A stretch of DNA of 64,000 nucleotides. Origin: Botryllus schlosseri. Lineage: Eukaryota. Position 1 is the first letter of the stretch, and each line of letters begins with the position of its first letter. A model generated the notes under the pieces. It searched no databases. It saw only the letters and a list, made by a program, of their open reading frames with translations, and was not told where the DNA came from. Positions 26,331-38,900 of this stretch are shown here, piece by piece. The position numbers and the translations under genes were made by a program. The stretch lies in assembly GCA_051294905.1 (NCBI GenBank), contig CM119372.1, positions 25,422,001 to 25,486,000 of the forward strand, given 5' to 3'.

Positions 26331-28884
26331 CCATTGTGGACGACTTACACCATGGTTACCACAAACAACATTAGGAATGAGTACATAGTTAATGCTGACA
26401 ATGCAAGTCTTTTTGGTTCGACGAACTTACCCGTAAGCTCCACTCTCGCACGCTGTGCAGTGCGCACACCACGATATAATAACACACAGTCACTAAAATT
26501 TGACATAGTAAACAATAGTGGGAAATCTCGGCAGACTGATGGGCCACGGGCCATATTATCAAGTAGGACGGGAATCTGTCCGCGGGCCGGACAAAATGCC
26601 GTCGCGGGCCGGATCCGGCCCGCGGGCCGTATGTTGCCCGCCCCTGCTGTACAGTGTACACGATGCCTCGCGACGACTCGGGCCACATAATGCCACAATG
26701 CTGAAGTACATATTGACGTTTTAAACGTCGCCAAATGTATCATCTGGGACATTGAAATGATATAATAATCCCATAAAATCAATGTCTTCCGTCGCTTTGT
26801 CAACAATTTCGACGATGACTTGCAAGGGAATGTAAGCTTACGCCTTAACGGTCCAGGCCAGACCGGTCAATGTATCCGGTGTATTGCTACGTTGATATCG
26901 AGCAGAGTATAAAACGGGTTTCTATACTTGCTACCGATATTACCCCATTATCAAGTTATACTGCAGTAGCCAACACCTCAATCGCACGGATTTGGTTTTT
27001 ATGATACATTAATTATATGAAATCAAGATTGAATCTGTGCGCCTGCTAGATATTTTACATCAGACAACAATGTCAATTTCATTGATTGGTTGAAGAAGCA
27101 TCATTCGGTGACTATACCTACATCTAGTTTATTTCGTTCTTGATGTTGTGTGATTGCGGGTCAAGCTCACAGCAGAGAGTTACTAAATATTCACAACCGG
27201 AAAGCTAGATATTGCGAGCAAACTTTTGTAACAAAGCAAGTAACATTTTTGAGATTATCAAAGTGCATGCTCGTTTAGTGTTGATTGTTTTTTTTTATGC
27301 TGCCATCTCCATGCATAGAGTGGCCCGCAGTTGAAATGCATTAAATTTCAACCAAATATGTTATAATGAAGTGAAAATTGTAACATATGAAATAGGTTCA
27401 CAATGCAGAACCTATCAAGGCTCGTTTGTGAACCTGAGCCCTCTAAATTTCTGACGTTCACACCATCCCTATAGTTCGTACGCATCAGAGATCAATATGC
27501 CGGGTAATACTGCCAATAAGCGAGACACGCTACAATATGGCTTCATCATGAAAATGTGTCGACTCTTATTACAAAAATAGGTACGAATTCATGATACGAT
27601 TTGTCGGCATTGGTTTGTCGGGAAAACACCGTCGGATATCGTTGGGACTTGGGATGCTTTAGTGAAGAGGTGTGAAACAATCGGGTGCGGGACTATACAA
27701 CCCATTCCGCGCCGGAACACATGAAAACATGAAATTTGAGCCATTACATGACTGAGCAAAGTGCGGTGTCAACAAGATGTGCGGAGATAAAACCAAAATG
27801 ACCGTCACTGGTTGGCAAAATCTTGAACATCGATACGCCCGGTCGTTGAAATGGTCGGCACCGGCACAGTTCCGTCCTTGCAATCTTAGTATAGACAGTA
27901 TAGTACAAATGCCACCCTCAGAGAAGAAGAATGGACCCCAATCTGAAGTAGCGCGCGACAGAAATGATTTATGGAGCTTCGTTGCGTACAGTCGCCTGCG
28001 CGTTCTCTATGTCATGCATACCGGTGAAACGTAGGATACTAATATTATAAATGTATTGTTCGTGATATGTGAGTCTTGGGTCGCGAGATGCATCTAAACT
28101 CAGATTTGGCTCGCGCGACCTAAAAAGTTTAAGAACCACTGATATACGCAGTCAAACGATTTTTTGACATAGAACAAAATGCTACATAATATACTCTCCG
28201 TTTCTCCGGTATATCATAGTAGCCTACTGTTCAGCCACTGTCAATTTGGCATATGAGTAGAGCGATTTATTTTACCCAAATAAGGGAAGATTTTGACCTC
28301 AAAAATCAAAATTTTGACATTTTTTGACATTAAAAAACTTGATTTTGATCAATTGATGACCTCATGTGTTTTCCCACATTATGTTAGAATTGTACTACTT
28401 ATCTTCATTTCTGGTTTGAAATGTCTGTCCTTACGAAGTATAGTTTGACATGAAAAAACTTTTTGACAGAAAAACTGACAAATTTTTACTTGAAACTTTA
28501 TTTTGACGAAATCTGGACTCATGAAAAATTCCAGTAGTTACATTACGCATTATGGTAGAAATAATTAAAATTTGTTGTATTACAACGAAAGATACTTTCC
28601 TACATTTTCGGGTAGAAAGTGTCTGTCCATACTAAGTAGCTTGCCAAGAATGGAGAAAGAACGTTCAACAGCAGTAGTTGTTGGCAGGCAACACTGAAGT
28701 TGTGCGTACACTGCTGGTGACACACCTTGTTGCTACATTCTGACAATATTGTCTACATCACAATTTTTCATCATGCACTTCTTGACATAAGAACCAATGC
28801 CCACGCAGTCTTGATTGAGTTAGGATCTTGCGGTACGTTCAGCATGACACCATGTCAACTTATTTGTTAGATTTAGCCCACAAC

Positions 28885-29425
28885 CTGGGCCTAGGCGATG
28901 TAAAGTGTAGGCATGCACACTGAATGAAAGTAAAAGAATATAATATAAAGTGGCAAGCGATAAAATCAGGTGGCAAGTGACAGAAGGCGAGATCGATATG
29001 TCAGGTCGTGGTCCGGTAAATGGTGAGGGCTGACTAGTATTTATTCAGCAGAAATTGCTTGTATATCGACTTGGATGTGGACATGCTCGACGACTGTCGA
29101 ATAGCCGGCGAAATACTGTTCCAAACTTCAGGTCCGGCATATTTGATAGAGCGATGATCTTTTTTGTCAACCATATGATAGTTGGACGACGTGGACGCGC
29201 GTGTGTCGTACTTTTGCACTTTTGATACCGAGGTAAAGAAATCATTGAAGTGTTCGTGGCAGTGGCCGCAGTGGAACTGATACATAAACTTTGCAATTTC
29301 TAGTTTCCGCATATCTTTTATGTTTAGGACACCAAATTTTTTGAGCAGTGATTTGTTGGACACACATCCTGGTACCTTTGGGGTCGTGGCTATAATACGG
29401 AGAACCTCATGTTGTAGTTTTCGTT
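28885..29425 (-). mobile_element. CR1/L2-group LINE 3' fragment
   Basis: ORF 29034-29363 is near-identical to the C-terminus of ORF 22769-23377. Confidence 0.88.
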
Positions 29426-30141
29426 GTGATCAAGGATAATCCGAGGATTATAACTCCGCTTCTACTAGTTGGAATTGACTCAAATTCGTTTTGCATCGCC
29501 TTTGAAGACAGCTCAACAATTTCATGGGGTTAACAAAAAATATTGAATTTTTTTTAGATTTATCCTAATAAATTAAAATTTTTAATTGGATCTGCGGAGT
29601 CTTATACTTGTTGGAATTGAACCAAATTTGGTATGCAGCGTTTTTTAGGGTAACCTGACAATCTAATCAGTGAATGGCTAGAATTCGGGAAAAAAAGTTA
29701 TTTTTAAACAGCCCCACTGTACAGGTGATATGGCGGAATGCTATCCACGGCCTTCTTGAAGTGTCGGGGTTTGCGTAATGGTAGCTCGACGTCCAGGACA
29801 ATACCAATGTAGTAAACAACATTTACTATTCGGTAGCAGATAGCCGTTAAGTACTAGCAGATTTTCAATATCTGTATGCCCATTACGTATTGCATCTTTT
29901 GACACAGCTTGTTTACTTTACACTCAACGCAGTTTAGTACCATGTTTCTAACTTTCTGTAATCGCTCCTGCTGTCCGGTATAATGAAATCTGTCATGTCT
30001 GGATGCTGAACAGTTGGAGATTAAAATTGTAACACTGCACAATGACCTCCACGTCAAAGCCCACCAGGCTGCACGTAGCAAACTTTTGGTGCCTTGATGA
30101 AACGGAGAAGTACAGTGCTGTATGCACACTGCGCAGCGGCT

Positions 30142-30338
30142 ATGAAGGTTGCAAGCGTGTTTTGTTCGACTTATCGTTGTGAATCAGCCTCTTAGGACAT
30201 GAACTTCATCAAAAACAAACACAGAACACGCCTCTCTGATGAAGACACCTGGAACACTCACTCAGAGTTACAATGTCAAGTTACATTCCAATGTAGAGCG
30301 CACTAGTTGATTGCATGCAATGCCAGGCTTCCCACTGA
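30142..30338 (+). pseudogene. hAT (Charlie/SPIN-type) transposase C-terminal remnant; element end at ~30676
   Basis: Reads MKVASVFCSTYRCESAS*DMNFIKNKHRTRLSDE/HLEHSLRV...MQCQASH*, the hATC dimerisation motif, with stops and a frameshift. AGGTTGGTGACCCCTG TIR downstream. Confidence 0.8.
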
Positions 30339-30979
30339 CTGATATAGAAACAGATAACATGATGTCCAGTCTAAAGTGTGACATGATATGTTATAAAATT
30401 TGAGTTGACTGTTGCTGTATAATTTATACGAACATGGTGCGGAATAATTCATGATTTCTTAAAAAAATTTAGTGCCTAGCTAGTTGAAATGAGATGTTTT
30501 GATTTAAAAGACTTTTTTAGAGGTCTTACCGCAATGGGATTCCTGCCCATTGCTATGAATATCAAAGCGGAAATTCAGTCTATTGCGGGCAAACGGCGGG
30601 AGTAAATGGTTGCCCGTCGCTTCAACCAGCATACCCAAGAAGTAGCTCTTGGTTGCAGAAAGGTTGGTGACCCCTGCTTAAACATTATGATACACCCTAA
30701 GGCAGGGGGGGGGCAAACTACGGCCCGCAACACCGTTCTGTGCGGCCCGCGAGAGTCTAAAGAAACTTATTAAAAATATTGATAAAATGCGTACTAAAAA
30801 TCGAATTAATGCAGGAACTTGATGAAACATTTTCTTAGTATATTTTACCATGATAAGTCTGAGGCAGTGGTTCTCAAACATGGGGGCGTGAAACATGGGG
30901 GCGTGAAAGCATCTGAAGGGAGGCGTGAAGATGAGCTCGACTGGATTTTATTTCAAAATCTCTCAACCACAGTAGTTAC

Positions 30980-31566
30980 TATAGAATGTAAACGTGGAAT
31001 GGCAGCGACCGATTTTGCAGCTTCGTTCCGCTTCGCTGAAGCTTTACTCAGACTTATTTTACGGCAGCTACTGTAGAATTTCTGGCAATCCAAAAGTTGT
31101 CTTCCAGAGCTCAGAATTTACTGAATCCGGTCTTGATCGAAAGCTACTGTCGCACTGATTTCGAAAATATCAATCAAAATATGGTGAAGCACCGTACTGA
31201 GATGAAAAACCACCCTCAACATCTAAAATCTGCATTGTTCAGAACAATCGGATGACCGCAAAACAATGACCATAACAATGACCCATTGCGGCTCTTCGAT
31301 TGTTCGGACAATGCCGATAATTCAGACTTGGAGGGCGAATTCTAATCGGTTCAGTGCCTGATCATATTTTTATTTGCATTTTCGGAATCAGTGCGATAGT
31401 AGCTTTCGATCAAGACCAGATTCAGTAAATTCTGAGCTCTGGAAGACAACTTTTGGATTGCCAGAAATCCTACAGTAGCTGCCGTAAAATAAGTCTGAGT
31501 AAAGCTTCAGCGAAGCGGAACGAAGCTGCAAAATCGGTCGCTGCCATTCCATGTTTACATTCTATA
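30980..31566. mobile_element. Fold-back MITE with TATAGA termini (P-like)
   Basis: ~190-bp near-perfect inverted arms (tatagaatgtaaac...gcactgatt); perfect 8-bp TSD GTAGTTAC. Confidence 0.85.
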
Positions 31567-31591
31567 GTAGTTACCCTCCATGCCATTAAAC

Positions 31592-31627
31592 TATAGATAA
31601 CTAACCTACGTAGGTTAGTTATCTATA
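31592..31627. mobile_element. 36-bp perfect palindrome with 7-bp TSD (TIR-only relic or excision footprint)
   Basis: TATAGATAACTAACCTAC|GTAGGTTAGTTATCTATA flanked on both sides by ATTAAAC. Confidence 0.8.
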
Positions 31628-32694
31628 ATTAAACTATCCGTTGGGTCTGCTAGCTTCCTGGTTGCGTTTTGTGATATGTCGATAAGGGGGGCGCGAAATC
31701 TTTCACCATCACAAGGAAAAGCTTGAAATCTTGCAAAAATCTTGAAAAGCTTGAAAACCACTGTTCTAAGGTAAACACTTTATATATTATTTTTATGTTT
31801 AATTTCTGGCGCGACAGCCCGATCTCAAGGCCCACGCAGTTTTAAAGGTTTCAACTGCTAAGCATCACAGAAATCCTAAACGAGATTGGCATAATTCGGA
31901 TCACGGTCGTGATTTCAGATTGGCCACTTCAGTTTTAACTTCTTCAGTGATGTGCTTATTAAAAACGATTCGCGCGTGTCTTAGGTAGATTCGTTCTCTG
32001 TATGCATAGAATTACGGTATTTATATTTTATCTATACATATAGTAGAAGCGTGTTTGAAGATAACATGGTTATGATGCTGTCAGCATTGTGTGTCCTGGA
32101 ACTGAACCAAAAGTGGAATTAGTAAGTCTATCAACAGATCAATTTGTACAGATTTAAATTTTAATCCTCTTCTAAGAATCGGGAAAACCAACTTTCATCT
32201 CCATCGCTTTGACAAATTGGTTATTGAGGTCGACCAGCCTATGAAATCTCGCCACTGTTTCTGACGCGTGCATAGGATATCGTCAAAGCACTGTTTGTTT
32301 TGTCTTAAATAAGCATATATATTATCTCAATGTCCTCACTATATAATCAAAAACCAATATTGCGTTTTGGTTTATAATCCCAATTTTATATAGTGCGGCC
32401 CGCGAATGGATTCAGATGTTGAATGCGGCCCGCGAGCTCAAAAGTTTGCCCACCCCTGCCCTAGGGTGTACGATAAACCCGGTTGAAGAGCCATAATTTG
32501 GGCTACTCCTCGCCATAAGTTTCATGTAAGCCGGTGGTTCGTAACCATGTCTCCAGCGCTCCTGGATGAAAATTTATATTTCAAAGGGGGCGGACACACT
32601 CGACGGGCGATAAGGGGGGGGGGGGGCGCCGGGACGTTATGGGGGCGTCGAAGGAAAAAAGGCGTTACTGTCAAGATGGTGTAGTAGTTGTCAT

Positions 32695-32970
32695 TCAATT
32701 CAATTCAATTGAATCATTTCAATACAAAAACACAAGACTGCGATGCAATGGAAGATAGGGATGTGACGAAACGACTTGGAAGTAGTCTAGTCTTCGAAAT
32801 CAGACAACCACCTGACATTGGCGATGTAAAAAAGAAGGCAGACAAACTGGATGAAAAGTAAAAGAAGATAATAAATAAGGACAGTAGACAAAAAGAGATG
32901 GCATGTGTCGGAAGGCGAAATCGATATGTCAGGTCGTGGTCCGGTAAACTAGAGGGCTGGCGAGTATTAG
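32695..32970 (-). mobile_element. Diverged LINE 3' UTR fragment (same family as 22133-23617)
   Basis: gtcgtggtccggtaa and gcgatgcaatg...gcgaaatcgata homology to the LINE 3' end. Confidence 0.7.
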
Positions 32971-34810
32971 TATATATAGTCATAGGGATACAAAGTTCTG
33001 TAGTGCTATATATGCTTGAGATCTCTTTGAAAAAAGATAGTTAATATTGGGACTTTCGGAATCGGTGTGAAAATAGAATTTGATTGATACCATTCAGTAC
33101 AAATTTTGAGCACTTTCGATGAATTGCATTGTCGCAGGTTAGGCACGACCCGCCCGTGTCTCCCCTGGGCCTCATCTCCTTTCGCGCTGCAGTTTTCAAC
33201 AATATATATGAAAATTGTTGATGTTGGATGAAAAATGTTCAAATTTAGTTATTCATGAACATAATCACTGAAGGTGTCATTATTTTCCTCTACTCATCCT
33301 GGCGACATGTGCAAGGCACTGCCTGACTTGCCTTCCCGACTGCACGTCACTGGAAGGCACAATATCTTCACGACAAGAAAATTCAACTCGCATAACTAAA
33401 TAAACAAGATCATGTCAGATGCGACATATACACTATAATACACTATACAGAATTCCAGACCGAGTCACAGCAAAAGATGATTGACCATGACATAGAAACA
33501 ATCACTGAAAAGAAAAGCACTGATAGTGTTGTACGTGCCTTGCCTACCAGACACTTCAAAATGAAGGACAGATTTCGAAAATTTAATCACATGTTGCGAT
33601 ACTGGATTGTAAGACAACATCGTGTAATTGACAATCGATTGTCCAGTATCTAACAATTAGGATTCGCCACAAACTTTAGTGATCTAGCGAAATGCATATA
33701 TCATTCGACACTTCCATATTTCGTATCCACTTGATCTGCACGGGCACAATGCGTTTGTCGGCACTATATTATTGTATAATCGTCTCCCGTTCTTCTTCGG
33801 TGGCAGGAATCCTGCTACCGGCTTGAGATGTCGTTTTCGGAAATGATTTGAAAATATTGCATCCGAAAAACCTAAAATTATTATAGATAGAAACTTTCTT
33901 ACAAATGGTCACAACATGCATTCAGCGATGAGCAAATACCAGATGATTGTTTTGACCGGCTGGTTATCGGACTTCTACCTATCACGTTGATACATGCTTT
34001 TTTCAATTATAATTTTGAAGTCTCACTTTTAGTTAAATTATACCTCATATTTCTTCACAATTAGAATCATTCGAGTAAAATATATTCATTTGAAAGTGAG
34101 CGTGAGTTATTGCGGATGAATTTGGAATTTGTGCCTTGCATTGGTCTTGGACCCCCATAGGGTAATCAACCGAACTTCTGGGGTTCCTTCGCCCCACAGG
34201 GTCCATTTCACAGCTACTCGAAAGCCCGACTTCATTGTCATGTAGGATGATCATTTAGGCGCGTATATGAACAATTGACAATTAGACAATGAACATATAC
34301 ATATCAAAGGTCTCGGTCAACATGCCTCGGTAAGTTTCGGCACCTAAGTGCCTATTTCTGTAAATTAAATTTTTTCGGGGTTGGAGTACTCATATTAAAA
34401 TCAAATACATGTACACTAAATCGCGAGAAGGAATTTTCAAGTTTAATGACTACCAAAAAATACTTTATAAACTTATTTTTATTCATGAAATAATTTTGGA
34501 CACCGTTCGTGCTCGACTCATAATTGGGGCGCTTTGGGTTGCGACTGTATCGACCCTGGATGTACGTTATCATCATCAGAATTACCGGCAGCGCTGATAT
34601 AAGCGGTGTCTTCAAAGATTTAAGGCTCGTGATTATGCATCTTTAGCTACATGTTCTTGTTCATGCCACACGGTTAGACTATTCAAGTATTCATGGGTTT
34701 CTGGGGGGCGAACGCGGGCGGGCCAGTTGCAATTAATTACTTAGTTGAAGCATAGTGTTATTTTCTGACCTTTGGAGAAAGTTGTCGCCATTCAATAGAT
34801 CGCTCACACG

Positions 34811-35326
34811 TAGGGCTGGGCAAAACCGAGTACCTGGGTGATTCGATTCTGAATCACGTAATATGTTTCGAGTCGAGTCGAGTAATCGAGTATCACTCAT
34901 TATGACGTCATAACATAATGTTATACTTCAAAGTTCAAATATGAACCGTTTATGCCACGGCAAGGAATATAATGCCTATTATCCATCTCATTAATGATAC
35001 TTTGATATTTTTTCGACCATACCGAGTTCATTCCACTTGGTGAAAATGTTGTGGGATAATCATGACTTCGGAAATGTGCTACGTCCAGAAACCTTCGTAG
35101 CTTTGAACCATATGATTCGTATGCTATGATACCGCCAATCAAGGTTTCAAGGCTTCAACAGCGAAAATTAGTATCGAAACTACAATTATCATAGATAAAT
35201 TAACTTTCAGTCACGAGAAGTGTATAATTTCATTACTCGAAAAATCGTCTTTTACTACTGGACTCGAATCATTAAAGTTAACACTCGATTCAGATTCGAG
35301 TACTCAAATCATTGTGCCCAGCCCTA
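34811..35326. mobile_element. hAT MITE (TAGGGCTGGGC TIR) with actcga subterminal repeats
   Basis: TAGGGCTGGGCA / TGCCCAGCCCTA; TSD CTCACACG/CTCACAGT (6 of 8). Confidence 0.65.
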
Positions 35327-35911
35327 CTCACAGTCACGCGTACCATAAAAATTAAAAGAGAAACTTCTTTGAGACGCGCACGATTACCGATGTGCATGTA
35401 TTCACCAGACGCAATATTTCACTCTGCTGGTCACATTTGTACAGCGATACTCAGATTGCAAGGACAGGGCCATCCGCCGCGATCTTCGGCCACGTTCTAT
35501 CGCCGGACATCTTTCTGGGATCGCATTTCGTGTTTGCTAAAACTTGATCTGCCGTGGTGTGTCTTTTTGGCACCGAAAAGATGGTGCCTAATATAGTCCC
35601 GCAACCTCAGGCAGCACACATGAATACAGTTAAATTCAATTCTGTCATATGCGTATTTTTGTTTAGGCCTATTTTATATTTTTATTTATCTGGAGGCGGG
35701 TACACAACAATTAAAAATCCACCGACGCTATGTAACTTGAGAACAGCGAATTTTTTTTAAATTGAATATATCTGCTCAAAAATACTCCACCTTATGTCAA
35801 TTTACACAAATTTCGAAAGATTTGCGGGGGGCATGGCCCCCTTTGCCCCCGACTACGCCCAAGGCTCTGGATTATACCTGTCTAGCAAATAAAGACAGAC
35901 AAATTTGTTAC

Positions 35912-38900
35912 CGTTTGTTTTGCCTAGCTTCTTGCGGAGTGTCTGGTATGGAAACACCGAGCGTTTCAGGTACATAAGTAATTCCAAGTATCCCGGACAG
36001 TATAGTTCCGATGCCCATGGCTACGTTAGGCGCGAAGTAATTGTACTTTCCTGCAATTTACGATAGAGCGTTTCTTAGTCGAGAATATATAATACATATC
36101 AGTCACGGTGGACTTACTAGTATACATCAAGTATGGTGTACTGAATGATCCGATGCGTGCGGCAGCTGAGCAGATACTCAGGGCGGCACTTCTATGGAGA
36201 GTAGGTACGATTTCGCATGACATCGAGCACCATACATACCATACAGCCGAAACAGACGCCTTGCCCAATATCGCGAAAAACGTCGACGTAGAAGGTAGGC
36301 CTGAAATATTTGGACTGAAAATCGCGAACGCGGTCAGAGGTCTCAAAAGAAAATGTGCTCGCGGGCCAATTTCCTAGTTTTGATGACGCCGCGGGCTACA
36401 CCATCAATAATAGGGGTATTCAATGTATTGTATAATTGACAAGTAGCCTAGTCTTTATTTGACGGGACATAGTACGAAGAATATTTATCAGTTGAATAAA
36501 TTAGCCCAGAAAAGATTCCACTTTTGGGTGGTTTGCAACATAATTTCAAGTTCTAGATAGCATATAGGCCTAGAATTCCACAATGCATCTCGGGGTCCGA
36601 GGGGGTCCGAAGGGGTTCACATATCCCTGGTTAAGAACCCCTAGAATAGAAATATCCAATCACCGAATAATCCATTGGTGTTACAGCTGTTGAGCGTACC
36701 AGTACCTTCCTCGCCACGGCGATAATGATGTGGATGAAGAGAACAAAGATCACCCAGGATGTAAAACTAACTATACATAACGGGGGTAACGGAATGCCAA
36801 TGGATTCCATGTTGACTTGATTAGATACCTATATACGCTACGTAACGCAAGTAACGACATTTTGGTATATTAGGCTACTATTTCACAAGACAGTTAATAA
36901 TTTGTTGCATAAGTGGTCGTACCAATTAGTGACGGCGTTCCTAGTCACAAGTCCTTCCGTGATTTTAACATTTAACTAAACTCTAGTCATTTATATGTTA
37001 TAATCCAGTCAGTCCGAATTCGAGTAATTTTACGAAATGTTGGGCCCAAGTCCAAATCACAATACTGTACTGCACTGTACTGTACTTGCAATGAACAGAT
37101 TGTGCGTATAATCAACTATGTGCTTGCGCATTGTGCATTGTGCAATAGTCTAACCAGGACAGCTCATCTATGCGAAACATCGGCGATATTTTGAGAAACA
37201 GACATTTATAGTAGCGTTTTAATCGTTTCAGTGATCGCTCGCATGAATAACAGAGGCCTAATACCAGTGGAGTGGTTATCATACTTTAAAGCCTGCGTAC
37301 TAATTTTAAATCGGCAAAAGTATTCGAGGACTAATGTAACATGTGATCTAAAAACAAGGGCCATCTTTGCAGGCATATGTGCTAGAAATCTGCGTTAGGG
37401 CTTTGTCTTCAACCTGATTCACTAATATACAGTTATAATCTGGGTGTGCCGGTATAGTAATTGGCCAAGACGCCTTGTAGGTAGCAATGAGCCTGTAATT
37501 CTGACAATACAATGCTTATTCAATATCAATGCTTATTAGAGATAAGCCTTTCAATCAGGGGTACCCGATCTTTTTTCACCAAGTCCCCCTTTAACAAATT
37601 TGAAAGTCAATGACTCCCTGATTATTTTCCACCTTTTGAAAAATTACGAAGCGTTAATTTAATTAAAAACTGGTTTATACAGTAACCGGCGGTTTGAATA
37701 ATAAAATGATATAAATAAGATACTCAGTAAACAGGATAGTATAGGTACAGTAATTTATTATTACATATTCATGAAGAACGCGTACGGACAATATACATAC
37801 ACGTAATTCTTATCAATAGGACAGCCCCTTACGTAAAGTATCCTTAATATGCAAATGTCTTGAAATGAATTACTTCAGTTTTGATGTTTGTAAAATGGCA
37901 TATTCACACATCTGGAGGTGGGATTGCTGAAAAATAGAGGTCTATAGGGAAAAACCAGGGATCAGATTTGAAGTCATCAGCCTGTAGGCCTACTGAGCTA
38001 AAAATCACAACAATTATGACTATTATTATTATCGATCAAACTGAACTTGGATTATTATTATTTGTATCACAGGTAAACGCCACCATCATGAGTCATGCAA
38101 ACGAGTCGTTACTAATATCAGCTGTCATACAGTGAAGCATTTACCATACAGTACGTACCTTCTGTGTTTGTTAGGGAGACGCAGAAAGCATTGACATTAT
38201 AATCAATTAATCATACATAATGAAATGACACATTCCATACCTGCTGGTATGAACGGTAGAACAATGCCTGAAATGCCGCAGAGAGTCATCAGCAATAAAG
38301 CAGTTCTGGGCCTTCCTAAATAATTCATCAGAGGGAAAACTGCAAGGTATGCCGGAGTCTCTGCTAAACCACCAAATAAACAATTGAGAAACCGGTCAGT
38401 GCTGAAGTCCGTCGAGTAGATTGTGAATGCGTAGTATACCGATGAAGTGATGAGCCTATTGTGAAAACATAGAGAAAAAATCATGCTATAGGATTACAGT
38501 GCTCTCGCGAACATACAAATAGGCTACCTCTACTAGGAATAGGCATAGTGATTCGATTATTCGAATTCGAGTTGAGTGAGAGACAGATGATTTTTCCGAA
38601 TACTACGATTATACGCCCGTTGTTACTAAGAGTTACATTAACAAAGAGAATTGTAGTTTCGGTTCTTTTATTCAACGTGGAAGCACCGAGACCTCACTTG
38701 GTCTTATCACATCATTTCGGCAACTAGATCAGCGGTGGCTAACCTTTTTGGCCAAAGGCCCACATGCGGCTTTTCGAACAATTGCGCGGGCCAATTGAGT
38801 GTTGATGGCATTTTTCAGTCGTCCGGTATGAGCGAGCAGCATTAGGTAACGACGAGCGAAGTATTATCTTACTTTGCACCAAAAGTGCCGACATTTACAC

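Larger units (their letters stand above)
25445..26646. mobile_element. Nested hAT (Charlie-type) MITE
   Basis: CAGGGGCAGGCAAC...GTTGCCCGCCCCTG; perfect TSD CTGTACAG; gcgggccgg subterminal repeats. Confidence 0.85.
25272..27471. mobile_element. Second copy of the TAGGGATGGTGTGAAC hAT element, inverted relative to 1272-2272
   Basis: Same TIRs and internal homology to 1272-2272 in reverse orientation. Confidence 0.85.
25110..28141. mobile_element. Outer hAT MITE of a four-level nest
   Basis: CAGGGGTTCTT...AAGAACCACTG; perfect TSD ATATACGC. Confidence 0.8.
30703..32458. mobile_element. hAT MITE containing a second hAT MITE (30865-31763) and P-like inserts
   Basis: CAGGGG..GGGCAAAC / GTTTGCCCACCCCTG with TSD CCCTAAGG/CCCTAGGG; inner element CAGTGGTTCTCAA / TTGAAAACCACTG. 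Confidence 0.75.
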
